From NCBI RefSeq assembly GCF_036321535.1, contig NC_087436.1, positions 76,510,001 through 76,574,000 on the forward strand: a DNA stretch of 64,000 nucleotides, in the 5' to 3' direction. The position numbers and the translations under genes were made by a program. The DNA is from Camelus dromedarius. Taxonomy: Eukaryota. Shown here piece by piece: positions 50,651 to 63,572 of the stretch (its first letter is position 1; each line of letters opens with the position of its first letter). The notes beneath the pieces are model-generated. The model searched no databases. It had not been told where the DNA came from and worked only from the letters and a program-made list of their open reading frames with translations.

Positions 50651-51310
50651 ACCTATTTTATAAATGTCTTTGACAGTATAGTGTTTGAAGACACAAAGAT
50701 GAATAAGGATTTATATATATAGTATTAATTCTAATTACCACTTAATTCTGGACAGGACATATAACTTCCTAGTGTCTCAGTTTCACTGGATATATAATGG
50801 AGACAATACAATTATTTATAGTATTTATAATACTTAAATATTAATTATTAATTATGTGTTAATCAAATTATTTAAATATTTAAAATAATTAATTTTTCTA
50901 ACTTGCAGGATGGTTGTAAGGATAAATGAGATTGTGTATGTGAACATCCTTGGAGAAAAATAAAATCCTCAAGAATCCCTATGCTAATGTAAGTTGTTAC
51001 AGTTACCTAAGTATGAAGTCCCTAACAATATCCAAATGCAAACTTTTTTTGCTTCTTTTACCTCTGAATCCTTCTTTCCTTTACCTATAAAATGTCAGTA
51101 GTATTACATACAGAGTTACTATGATCATTAAATAAAAAACATATGCAAAAGGCCCTACTATAGCTTTTGACAGAATTCAGACTTGATAATGTCACTGTTG
51201 TCCTTCTTACTAGCCAGCTCTCTGGCCAGTGCTAGCAAAGTTATGGTTGAGTTGGCCCTGACCCTTCAGCATAAATGAACATGTTCAGGCCACATCAACA
51301 TAGAAACCAG

Positions 51311-51560
51311 GAGGCTCTAATGTACAGCAGGATGACTATAGTTAACAATAGTGTATTATATACTTACAGTTGCTAAGAGAGTGAATCTTGAAATGTCCTC
51401 AGCACAAAAAAGCAATGGCAATTATGTGAAGTGATGGAAGAGTTAACAAACCCTCTATGATAATCATTTCACAGTGTATGGATATATCAAACCATCATGT
51501 CATATACCTTAAAATTATACAATGTTGTACGTCAGTTGTATCTCAGTAAGGCTAGAAAAA
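51311..51560 (+). mobile_element. 5'-truncated L1MA9-like 3' end with a 14-bp TSD
   Basis: ctaatgtacagc...gttgctaagagagt...tatctcagtaaggctagaaaaaaa; flanked by aacatagaaaccag (51297-51310) and aacataaaaaccag (51561-51574). Confidence 0.9.
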
Positions 51561-52111
51561 AACATAAAAACCAGAAAGTAAAATCTGGTGAAGGTTTGGG
51601 GTTCTGATGGTGATGTATGGGACTGGTTATATTAGTTTGATGATTCACTCTAGAAAACGTAGATGAGATGAGAAAGGGGATACATGTGTGCTGAGAAATG
51701 AGGGTAGGATGAGGTCAGTGGTAATCCAGAGGACTACAACTCTATGACAATGAAAACATGACAATGACATCGTAATTCCCCATAGCTAGCATGTACTGCA
51801 GGCTGACTGACTGGCAGACACTACATATGTAATGTGTAATATACAATATGTAATCATTACATATATTATCTTATTTACTTCTGTTAGAAATCCTGGGAAA
51901 GCCTATTTTGCAGACATGAAACTGAGACCTGGAAAAGTTAATTTTTCCAATGCCAAACCTTGGAAGCAATGGAACTGAAATTGAAATCAGACATACCTAA
52001 CTCTTAATCACATAATTAATATAAAAACCGAGCTATGGTTCATTAATCCAATAGATTTCTTAGTGAAAAGAAAAGGAAATAGGAAGAATGAGAAAAGAAG
52101 ACCTTTAAGAG

Positions 52112-52208
52112 TACAGTTGCAACATAAAATACAGAATGCCTAGTTAAATTAAATTTGAACTGCAGTTAAAAAATAAATAAATTTTAGAATAAATATGTGC
52201 CAAATATT
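52112..52208. mobile_element. Left half of the palindromic MITE MER53
   Basis: gttgcaacataaaatacagaatgcctagttaaatt...aaatatgtgccaaatatt matches the first half of the recalled MER53 consensus. Confidence 0.7.
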
Positions 52209-52214
52209 ATTTTG

Positions 52215-52668
52215 TAATTTGATACCTGTGTATATTGTGAAATACTTGACACAGCATGGTTATTTAACCCATCCCTTACTTCACATAATTATCATTTTGT
52301 TTTTGTTGTTCTTAAGATGAAAACATTAAAGCTCTACTCTCATAGCAACTTTCAAGTATACATTACATTATTGTTAGCTATGGTCACCATGCTGTATATT
52401 AGATCCCTGGAAACTTATTCATCTTATAACTGAAAGTTTGTGTTCTTTACCAACATCTCCCCATTTCCTCCACCCTTCAGCCCCTGACAACTACCATTCT
52501 ACTGTTTCAGTAGGTTTGATGTTTTTAGTTTCGGTATATTAATTGAGATCATACAGTATTTGTCTTTCCCTGTCTGACTTATTACTTGTAGCATAACGCC
52601 CTGAAGGTCCATCCATATCATTGTACACTGCAGGGTTTCCTTCTTTTTTGGTGACTGAATAATATTCC

Positions 52669-52721
<53 letters not shown>

Positions 52722-53168
52722 ATTTCATTTTTATTATCCATTCATCAATCAGCAAACACTTGGGTTGTTTCTGTGTCTTGGCTACTGTAAATAATGCAGC
52801 AGTAAACTTGGGAGTGCAGACATCTCTTTGAGATAGTGATTTTATCTCATTCATATATATACTCAGAAACGGGGTTGCTGGATCATATGATAGTACTATG
52901 TTTAATTTCTTGAGGAACCTTCATATTGTCTTCTATAGTGGCTGCACCAAATTACATTTCCATCAACAGTGCACCAGGGTTCCCTTTTCTCCACATCCTC
53001 ATTGCATTTGTTATCTCTTGTCCTTTGGATAATAGGCTTTCTAAAATGTGTGTTTTTGATTTACATTTCCCTGATGATTAGTGGTGTTGAGCCCTCTTCA
53101 TATACCTGTTGGCCATGTGGAGGTCTCCTTTAGAAAAATGCCTGTTTAGGTCCCCTGTGCATTTTATT
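52215..53168 (-). mobile_element. L1MA9-like 3' end (ORF2 C-terminus plus 3' UTR, poly-A end missing)
   Basis: Closely parallels the 33.3-34.3 kb L1; ORF-track peptide ...WMDLQGVMLQVISQTGKDKYCMIS is the L1 ORF2 C-terminus. Confidence 0.9.
52671..52718. repeat. (TG)24 microsatellite
   Basis: Read directly from the sequence. Confidence 0.97.
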
Positions 53169-53169
53169 C

Positions 53170-55440
53170 ATTTATGTACATGAATTAATTATTTATATAC
53201 ACTAATTAATAATAAGAAAACATACATAAGTGAAAATATCACTGTAAAGAGTAATTATATAATAAGAGTAGTGGATCAGTCACTTTGTAAAATAAGCATG
53301 AATCTTGAAAGACAAAAGCAGTAAAATTAACTAAAATTATAATAATTAGTTAAGGTATACAGAAAATAAAAAGACATAAAATATGTTATCAAGAGTATAA
53401 AATGAAGAAGGGGCACCTGAAAAGATCGGCTTTAGAATATTATTTTAAGTTGCTACCAACCTAAACAGACTGCTATTTACATAGGTTGTTATTATATATG
53501 AACTTCACAGCAACCACAAGGAGAAAACTTATAGTAAATACACAAAAGATATAAGAAATGAATATAAACACAACAGTAAATAAAATCACCAAAATGCAAG
53601 GAAAGAGAAAGGAAAAGAAAAGAACAGAGAGGAATCACAGTAAGGCCAGAAAATAATTTTTTAAATGGCAGTAAGTATGTACTCATCAATAATTACTTTA
53701 AATGTAAATGGACTAAATTTGCCAATCAAAAGACACAAAGTAGCTGAATGGATTAAAAAACAAGACCCATCTATATCCTGCTTACAAAAGACTCACCTCA
53801 GAAGTAAGTACACAGACAGACTGAAGATGAAGAAAACAGAAAACTATATTTTAGGCAAATGGATATGGAAAGAAAGCTGAAGTAGCTATACTTTTATCAG
53901 ATAAAGTAGACTTTAAAACAATGACTGTAATAAAAGACAAAGAAGGACATTTCATAATGAAAAAAGGGTTAATCCAACAAGAGGTAATAACATTTTTAAC
54001 TATATATTCACCCAACCTAGGAGCATAAAACATATAAAGCAAATATTAACAGACAAAGGGAGAAATGGAAAGCAATACAATAATAGTAGGAGACTTTGAC
54101 ACCCATATACATCAATGGCTAGATCATTCAGACATAAAATCAGTAAGGAAACTGTGGGCTTAAATGATACATTAGACCAATTGACTTAATAGATGTATAC
54201 ATAGCATTCTACCCAAAAGCAACAGAATATATATTCTTCTCAAGTGCACATGGAACATTCTCCAAGACAGATTAAATGTTAAGTCACAAAACTAGTCTCA
54301 GTAAGTTTAAGAAGACTGAAATCTTATCAAGCATCTTGTCTGATCACAATTACATGAAACTAGACATCAATTACAAGAAAAAAATGGGAAAACCCATAAA
54401 AACATGAAGATTAAACAGCATGCTACTGAATAACCAATGAGTCATAGAAGAAATCAAAGGACAAACAATAAAATACCTAGAGACAAATGAGGGAACAGAA
54501 ATACAACATACCAAAATTAGAAGATGCAGTAAAAGCAGTTTTGAAAGAAAAGTTCATAGCAATACAGGCCTACTTCAAGAAAAAAGAAAAATATTCCCAA
54601 ATGAACAGTCTAACTTTAGGCCTAAAGGAACTAGGAAAAGAATAGATGAAGCCCCAAATTAGTAGAAGGAAGGAAATGATAAATATCAGAGCAGAATAAA
54701 TGAAATGGGGACTAAAGAACAATGGAAAAGATGAATGAAACTAAGAGCTGGTTCCTTGAAAAGATGAACAAAATCAACAAGTAATTAGGTAGACTAACCA
54801 AGAGAAAAAGAAAGAGGGCTCAAATGAATAATATCAGAAATGAAAGAGAAGTTACAACTGATACTACGGAAATGAAAAGGATCGTAATGGACCACCCTGA
54901 GCGATTATGTGCCAACAAATTGGACAACCTGAAAGAAATGGATAAATTTTTAGAATATACTGTTTCACAAGACTGAATCAGGAAGAAACAGAAAATCTGT
55001 ATAGACTGATTACTCATAAAGAGATTAAAACAGTGATCAAAAGTTCCCAACAAAGAAAAGCCCAGAACCAGACTGCTTCGCTGGCAAATTCTACAAAACA
55101 TTTAAAGTAGATTTAATACCTGTTCTTCTCAAACTCTTCCAAAATTCTGAAGAGGAGGGAAACCTTTCAAATACATTTCATGAAGCCAGCTTACCCTGCT
55201 CCCAAAACCAGGCAAAAACACCAGAAAATAAATAAATAAAGGAAAAGAAAGAAGAAAATCACAGGTCAATATCCTTGATGAATATAAACAAAAATCCTCA
55301 ACAAAATATTAGCAAACCAAATCCAACAATACGGTAGAAGGGTCATACACCACAATCAAGTGGGATTTATTCCAGGAATGGGAGAATGGCTTCGTGTCTG
55401 CAAACCAATCAAGATAACACATCATATTAACAAAATGAAG
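53170..55440 (+). mobile_element. L1 internal fragment: inter-ORF spacer plus disrupted ORF2 endonuclease through to the start of RT
   Basis: 53665 MAVSMYSSIITLNVNGLNLPIKRHKVAEWIKKQDPSISCLQKTHL is the L1 ORF2 APE endonuclease N-terminus; the downstream sequence follows ORF2 with stops and frameshifts to ...catattaacaaaatgaag. Confidence 0.95.
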
Positions 55441-55456
55441 AAAGACATGTCTCACA

Positions 55457-55877
55457 TAGTAGTGGACTAGTATATATTTTTAACGATGGCCTCTTGGAGC
55501 AGGAGACCCCTGATTTACAGCATTTGCCAATTTCCATAGTATGAATTCTTCCACTGAGGCTGATTTCAAGCTACCCTTACAGCATAGCATCATTGAACAG
55601 AGTTGGGAAAAAATGCATAGTAGCACACCATTGTGTAGTATTCCATACGTGTATGTACATGAGCAATACATGTAAAAAACCTTAAGAACAGTTAATAGTG
55701 AAATGTAATGATAATTAGGATGAGATCAGTTTTGAGTAATTATAACTTTATTTTTAATATAATTTGTGTCATTGTAAGTTTATATAATTTAATTTTTAAT
55801 AATGGTCATGTTTAACAACAGCTTGCAAATTCCCTGAAAATTTAACAAGCAGCTCTCACTGGTTCAGCACATCACTG
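55457..55877. mobile_element. MER63B-like hAT-Blackjack DNA transposon
   Basis: agcatttgccaatttcc...gctgatttcaagctacc...aacagagttggg...tgtttaacaacagcttgcaaattccctgaaaatttaaca...cagcacatcactg. Confidence 0.85.
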
Positions 55878-58777
55878 TCTTGGCTCTTTGTGGAGTCTGT
55901 AAGTCAGTCCCATGGTTGTCAAAAAGACTGAAGAGAGGTAATGTATGTGAAGTACTTAGAAGTTTCAGAATAGAGCAAGTAATCATAAAGGATTATTTTG
56001 TTATTACTATTAATGATCAACTTTATTCACAAGAGCTATGCTGCTTATTTTAGTCAGTGACATGAGAGAATTATTATTTTTCTGTAATTTTTCTATGTTA
56101 CTGTTCAGTATATAAGGAAGAGGGATGTGCTTTGTTCCTTCCAGTACCTAAGGCATGTTCTGATAGTAAATTCAGTTTTTAAAGGTACACTCACTCACCA
56201 TGGATAAATCAGTCCAACAATATAACACCATAAATGAACTTGGCAATTTCAATACAATATACTTCATTAGTAGTATATTATGTTAAACTTCCCATGGAAT
56301 AATATGTCATTTTCTTCATGGTATTCCAAGGGTTCATTTGGACCCTGGAGTTTTACTTATTTATTTTCTTTTATCTGGACTATCTGCCAATTTTAGGTGC
56401 TTAGAGAATAACTGGATCTCAGTTTATATTTATATCCTCCCATTAGAAAAATAGTCCTTGCTGGGTTTTTTCAGTTCATTAGTATATTTTCTTGTCTTGT
56501 TCCATTTCCCTTTTCTTTTCCTAAATGTGACATGGATATTAAAAGTAGTATTGTGCTATTTCTGCAGACTAACCATTCAGACACAAAGAACAGCAACATC
56601 AGTGAATACATTTTTTTTTAAGTTTCATAAATTGCCCCTTTGTTTCTATAATATGTCGATAGACTGCAGACACTGTTTCTCTATATCACTTTCCTACAGC
56701 AGGAAAAAACTGCCAGGACCCCTTCTAAAAGGTCATCATTTATGAAATAACCACAAATGTGATCAATCAAGTCATTCCAATGGAGCAATAATCAGTGTGA
56801 CCTCAACAGACTTTGGCTTTTGGAGCCAGATCGCTTTAGTGACAGACATAACCCTGGTGGGTCGGCAGCATCCTTCACTGCTCACTCTGCCATCTGCCAC
56901 TGTGGAAACTTCATCATTAAAGGCAGAGTTGTTGCTGGACAAATTTGCAAATGGTTTGAGAGCATTATTATTGCACAGAATGTTACCATCTGTAAGTAGG
57001 CAAATCTGAATTACAATGTATGCCTACCTAACTTTCTGTATGTATATCTTAATAGAAAATGTGCATGCATAAGTCTCAAAACTGGGAACATTTCTTTTTG
57101 TATTATGGAATTACAGCCTTGCTAAGGGTCTCTAGAGCTTAACTTCCTACTTTTAAATACATCTGCATTTAAACCATCACCGATCAAATAGTATCTATTT
57201 TATTTTGCATTTGGTTGTCTCTCCTCACTCACAAAGTATTTTTAACTGTTTGATTTTACTCACATTATTACATTGTTATAGTATTACCAAATATTCACAT
57301 TAACATACATGTTTTTAAGTTTTTTCAGTTATATCTTTGAGATAGTACTATGTGCCTTCTTGCAACTACCATGGAATAAATTATAAAGTTTATAAAAACA
57401 ATATAGTGAAAACATTAAACCAGAGCTTCCAATTCATAAGCTAGACACAGTTTTATATAGATGTTATGTATGAGATGTATATGTTGTAGGTATATAATAT
57501 ATATATATTCATATTCTTTAAGTCCTACTACATAGGATTTTTATCATTGTAATTGTATCATTACTATGTAATTATAATAATATGATATTTTATATTATAT
57601 TGTCATGCTATTAAAATTGTATTATTAATATTGCCATTGGTTGACAAGGTAACTGATGCCCAGGATCACACAGTTTGGTAAGTAGAGATTAAGGGTTCTG
57701 AACTCCGCCAGTCCAGCTCCAGAATCTGTGCTGTTCACTGATCTGAGCCTGTGGGTCTGTAGAGTCTAAAAAGAGGTTATTGGGTGATCTGTGGTGATGG
57801 TGGGAGTGAAGGGAGGTGTTCTGTGGACACACGGATGCCACTGTGGAGTTTTCATTGTCAAGTGCTAGTGCTCAAATACACCTTTTAATATACTTACTTC
57901 TCTCTGCTGAGTTTTAAAGACAGAAGGAAAACATTAAATAGTATACAAAATACTGATTCACTATTAATATAAGGGTAAGGTCCTGACACCTGCCCAAGAT
58001 GTCTGCTTTGGAGAAAGGCCTCAGGGAGTCTTCTGCCCCATCATATAGCTCCCCTGGGACTGCTACCTGGCCACCTTCTCTAACCAGTCAGGTGCTGTGT
58101 TCACCTAATCTCAGGCAGAAGAACCTGAACAGAGGGCAAAGAGGCTGACCTAGCCTGCATAGAGGCCAGAGGGTGGTAAATCAGGTGAGGAGGCCAGGAT
58201 CCTGTCTTTAAGTCACAGTAAGCCTTCTCATTTGAAAACATGGCTCAGTCATTGTCTTGTCTGACAAATCATATGATCCCCTCCTCTTCTGTGGAAAGGA
58301 GCTCGTAAAGGAACATGGAGAGAGAGCAGAAGTTTAGATCACTGTTTCCTCATGTAAGGGATAATGGAAAACCATGAGCAGACATTCCAAAAAAATATCT
58401 CTTCAATTCTCACTCTAGACCCTCTTTGATATTAAGAAAACATATTAGCAAGTTTAATGTTTGGAGATGTCCTAAGGTAAAGTTAGGTTAATAGGGCTAG
58501 TGTATAAATAATGGTAAAATTATATGAAAAATGGTAAAATACGGTCAACTCCAGATTACCTGTGCCATTAATAAAACTTTCCGGTCTTCAGTGTCTTGCC
58601 AAAATAAGTCGTGGCCACATTTTGACAATGAGAAAAACAAAAAAGATGAATAACACTAATATTTCTTTCAGTCATCTTATAGTGGAACCATAGGGCTTTG
58701 CTTAAAAATCTGTGTTCAGGAAATGATGTGATAACATTTAGAAAGAACTAGAGTTAAGAGACAATGGAGAAGTCACT

Positions 58778-58865
58778 TTTTTCTCCTGATTTAAAAAAGC
58801 TAACCATAGTACTTTGTACTGTTTTTCCCCTGATTTAAAAAAGCTAACCATAGTACTTTGTGCTG
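58778..58865. repeat. 44-bp tandem duplication (2 copies, 2 mismatches)
   Basis: tttttctcctgatttaaaaaagctaaccatagtactttgtactg followed by tttttcccctgatttaaaaaagctaaccatagtactttgtgctg. Confidence 0.95.
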
Positions 58866-59202
58866 TCTGATATGTCAATGCACTGTATGCCCTATTTTTT
58901 TCCTTTATTCTGCTCTGATAGAAAAGTCTGAAGCCTAGGAGAGCCAAGGCTGTGTGTGAAGACTAAACAAGCCCATGGTGAAGCCACTCAGGACAGAGAT
59001 GGTCAATTATAGGAAAGACATGCCTGCCCTTGGATGGTTCCAAAGAAGAGAGCTCCTTCTTATCTGCTATGTGAGGTAGGAGAAAGCTGTCAGGGCTTTG
59101 GCTGAAAAAGAAATTCATGTAAAATAAATTCCAAAGGCTGTAGATGATCTTAAGTTATTCATTTTATTTAGATCCATCCATGAGTGACTAATGTTGAAGG
59201 TT

Positions 59203-59587
59203 TATTTTAGTCACGTTGAGATGCTATAACAAAGACTGGGTGGCTTGAACAACAGTTATTTCTTTCTCCCAGTTCTGGAAGCTGGGAAGTCTAGGATCAA
59301 GGTGCTGGCCACTTCAGTTCCTGGGGAGATCCCTTTCCCATCTTGTAGATGGCTGCCCCCTTGCTGTGTCCTCATATGGTTGGGAGAGAAAGAGCTCTGG
59401 TTTCTTTTCCTCTACTTATATGGACACTAATCCCATCATGAAGACCCCACCCATATCACCTCCCAATGGCTAATGAACCTAATTACCTCCCAATGGCTTC
59501 ACCTCCTGATACCACCACATTGCCACGTTGGGGGTGAGGGCTTCAATATATGAATCTGGAGGGAACGCAAACATTCAGTCCATAACA
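59203..59587 (-). mobile_element. MaLR solo LTR (MLT1A0-like) with a 5-bp TSD
   Basis: tgctataacaaa...gttctggaagctgggaagtc...aacattcagtccataaca; flanks aggtt / aagtt. Confidence 0.92.
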
Positions 59588-60059
59588 AAGTTGTTAGAGG
59601 GATTTGATGCACTAGTAAGGTGATCTGGGAAAAAAGGAAGTGTTTGCAAGTAGTCTGGTTGTAACATTTGTCATTTATACAGTTTACAGTGAAATACTAT
59701 TATACACTACCTCACTATAGTATTTCTTTAATTATACTAGAAATCATATCAAGGTGCCCCAAATTGTACTGATACTTGAGAATGAAAAATTAGGAACTAT
59801 AGTACCTCTGATTTAGTCTTCTTTAAAATTAAGTTGAGAATATCATGCAGACGTCAAAAGGGATAGGGAAGTTTATATAGACTGATAAGGAATGGCTGGA
59901 TACATTATGTGAAAAAATTAAGATGAAAACCAGTTTTTAATAATAAGCTACCCTGTATATAATATGGTTGTGAAATATAAATATAGGTGTATTGTTGCAA
60001 AAAGAAATTTTGAAAGGATAAATCAGTGTTATAAAAATGATTGCTTAAAGGGTAAAGAG

Positions 60060-61320
60060 CACACCATACACAAAAAGTAAACTCAAAATGGCATAAAGAC
60101 GTAAACAGAGACAAGATACTATAAACCTCCTAGAAGAGAACATAGGCAAAACATTTTCTGACATAAATCTTAGCAATGTTCTCCTAGGGCAGTCTACCCA
60201 GGCAATACAAATAAAAGCAAAAATAAACAAATGGGACCTAATTAAACTTACAAGCTTCTGCACAGCAAAGGAAACCATAAGCAAAACAAAAAAACAACCT
60301 ATGGAACTGGAGAATATATTTGCAAATGCTTTGACTGATAAGGATTTAATTTCCAGAATATATAAATAGCTCATACAGCTTAATAACAAAAAAAAACACA
60401 AACAATCCAATTCAAAAATGGGCAGAAGACCTAGACATCTCTCCAGTGAAGACATACCAATGGTCAATAGGCACATGAAAAAATGCTCAATATCACTAAT
60501 TATCAGAGAAATGCAAACCAAAACTACAATGAGGTGTCTCACCAGTCAGAATGGCTGTCACTAAAAATTCCATGAACAATAAATGTTGGAAAGGGTGTAG
60601 AGAAAAGGTAACCCTCCTACACTGCTGATGGGAATGTTGTTTGGTGCAGCCATTGTGGAAAACAATATGGAGAGTCCTCCAAAAACTAAAAATAGACTTA
60701 CTGTATGATCCAGCAATCCCACTCCTGGGCATATATCTGAAGGGAACTCTAATTTTAAAAGATACATGCACCCCAGTGTTCATAGCAGCACTATGTGCAA
60801 TAGCCAAGACATAGAAACAGCCTAAATGTCCATTGAGATGACTGGATAATAAAGCTGTGGTATATTTGTACAATGAAATACTACTCAGCTATAAAAAAGA
60901 ATAAAATAATGTCATTTGCAGCAACATAGATGGACCTGGAGATCATCATTCTAAGTGAAGTAAGCGAAAAAGAGAAAAAATATACCATATGATATCACTT
61001 ATATGTGGAATTTGAAAAAAGACACAAATGAACTTATTTACAAAACAAACAGACTCACAGACATAGAAAACAAACATGTTATTGGGGGGAAAGGGGATGG
61101 AAAGGGATAAATAGGGAGTTCAAGATTTGCAGATATTAACTACTATATATAAAATAGATAAACAAGAAGTCTCTACTGTATAGCACAGGGAACTATATTT
61201 TCAATATCTTGTAGTAACCTAAAATGAAAATGAATATATGTATGTAAATATATGACCGAAACATGCTGTACACCAGAAATTGACACAACATTGTAAACTG
61301 ACTATACTTCAATAAAAAAA
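60060..61320 (+). mobile_element. Younger lineage-specific L1, 5'-truncated (ORF2 C-terminal part, 3' UTR, poly-A); camelid-like
   Basis: cacaccatacacaaaaagtaaactcaaaatgg...aaatgggacctaattaaacttacaagcttctgcacagcaaagg...ctgtatagcacagggaactat...gctgtacaccagaaattgacacaacattgtaaactgactatacttcaataaaaaaa. Confidence 0.95.
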
Positions 61321-61864
61321 CAAGTTGGAAAGAGATATAAGGTAAAGAAGGCAGTTAACTTAAAAAATAGGACTTCTTTAAATATGTCTTAAAAATTTTT
61401 CACCTTTAGAACATATGTAATTTTCATACTCAAAAAAGAAAATTACCCTAAAGTTAAAAGTATACATATATCTAATCCTAAAAAACTGAATGGAATTGAA
61501 ATGAATCACTCAACTATATATCAGGTTAGTGACATAAACACACAGACCTAATATTGTAATTGACTTTTACATTCAGCATTTTGACCATATATCCTTGATG
61601 GAATATATTCTTAAGAAAAATTGAACTACAAAAAGTCTTACATTTTATTCGTTAATCTAATTGTTAGAAATATTATTGATATTAATTTTAAAGTATCTGT
61701 CATATCTGTGTGTGTGAGAATAATGCAAATAAGAAATTATATAGGACCTAATTTAGGGACTTCTGCAGATAATTCTTAAAAGTAAGATGAGGAATAGTAT
61801 TATTTTTCTTTCATTCATTTTTTAATGAAACTATATAGTTTGGCTTAAAGTTTAGATTCAGTGT

Positions 61865-62450
61865 TAATGTGAAAACATACCAGAGCAGACTCATTGGCCC
61901 CTGACTGCTTGTTCAAGAGAGTGCCCCCAGCTGCTGCTGCCTCATCTCCAGGTGCTACCTGACTTGCCTGGACTCCTGGGTGAGGGCTTGACCTTCACCT
62001 TGACTGCTGAAGCAGGAGCATCAGCCCTAATGCTCGACCTGACCTAACCAGACCCAAAGACCCTCCAACTTCCCTCATTCCTTGTGACTCAGATGATACA
62101 GGGCCTCATAGAGTGTGGCATTTGGTGTCCTCAGTGGCTTCCTAGGAAGGTCCAGGCAACACACATGAAAGTTCAGGTCCACTAACAACTCATGGGGCAA
62201 ACTTTGACAACGAGCTAGGAGGGCACGTCAAAATTAATTTCTCTCACTTTCTTCCCTGCTAAGGGCTGTTCTGAGTGAGGCACAGTGGTTTCTGAAAGCC
62301 TGATGGGAAGCTGTCCTACATGACTGAGCTGCTTCTCCTGCCTCAGCTCTCTTTCACCCTCACCCTACATGCCTTAGGTTTGCCTTCCAGTAAAGCCTTA
62401 ACCATTAATCTGCCTGAGACTCTGTTTTGTAGACAATCAGGGCTATGAAA
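61865..62450 (+). mobile_element. ERVL solo LTR (LTR16D/E or LTR50-like)
   Basis: tggggcaaactttgac...gggctgttctgag...ccttccagtaaagc...ctgagactctgtttt...gggctatgaaa. Confidence 0.7.
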
Positions 62451-63572
62451 GCAATTATGTTAATATAGTTAGGAACAAAAAGTTTTTAGAGTAAAAGGAA
62501 AAATGGGCATGAAAGCAAAGATAAGTTAAAAAAAATCTTATAATTCAACTTGAATTGGAAGTATTTGCATGAATTGACCAGAAAAAAAATGCCTGATTCC
62601 CTACTTTTATCCACTGAAAAGTAATCATAACTTAAAAGCCATGAGTATATTACCTGGATTATAGTTTGTATTTATTATATTTCAACAAAAGCATCTGAAA
62701 AATGAGTGTTTCTAAGTCTGAGGCAGGCTTTATAAGACTACATTTCAATAATAATAAATAAATATATATATACACAAAAAAAGATTAATCTGATGTTTTT
62801 CAGAGGTCAAAATGCAAGCTATAAAAGAATATGAGTTATGTTGAAAGGCCATAGACACTAAAGTTAAGAGGATCTGAATAGCCAAAGATGGCAAGATTTG
62901 AGTATCAAAAAGAATAATGAGTACAATTTATTGGAACATACTCATTACGTAAGAATCCCTAAGTTCATGACACATAATTTATGAGAGGGAGAACCAACAA
63001 ACCAAAACACAATTCATTAACACTTTATTTAAAAGCAAAAAACTAAGAATAAAAATTTATCTTGCTTTTCCTTTATGAACTAAATTTGAAGATGACCAAA
63101 TAGCCCTGGCTAGTGAGGAAAAGTTGTTTTGAAGAAGTCTCACTGAAAGATGTTAATGAAAGGGTAAATTAGAAAATCACAATTTTGCAACCTTTAGTAA
63201 AATAATTAATACTTATTTTGGATCTTTTTAGAAAGTGAATTTCCAACTTGCTTCGCTAAGAAAAGAGCTTTCTATAATAATAAGAGGATTATGTAAATAG
63301 ATTAAAGGAATATTGATTTATAACCTGGAGACTAGGAACTCTTTAATAGCAAATTATATTTGTGAGTGTATTTGTTATATATTGTTCATTTAAACCTTTA
63401 AAATATTTTTCATAGAAAGTTGATTTTATTCACCAGATCTGTAATAATTTAGCCACTGATTGTGACCTCATTGATCAAACTCATAATAGAGTAGTCTAAA
63501 AGGAAAATGTGGAACCTTTTAACGTGTGGAGTGTTGCTAAAATACTTTCTTCTTACAAAATATTATTATTTT

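Larger units (their letters stand above)
59820..63240 (+). mobile_element. Old L1MC-like 3' region split by a younger L1 and an ERVL LTR
   Basis: Pieces at about 59820-60059, 61321-61750 and 62450-63240 carry L1MC-type 3' UTR motifs (aactatatatcaggttagtgacataa; atagccaaagatggcaagatttgagtatcaaaaagaataatga). Confidence 0.65.

Noticed and set aside
56885..56905. CTCF-like motif (gtggcagatggcag on the minus strand)
   Set aside because: Lacks the conserved 5' CC of the CTCF core
60045..60873. Longest ORFs in the track (165 aa and 125 aa, minus strand, hydrophobic)
   Set aside because: They are antisense readings of L1 ORF2, a well-known artefact, not membrane proteins
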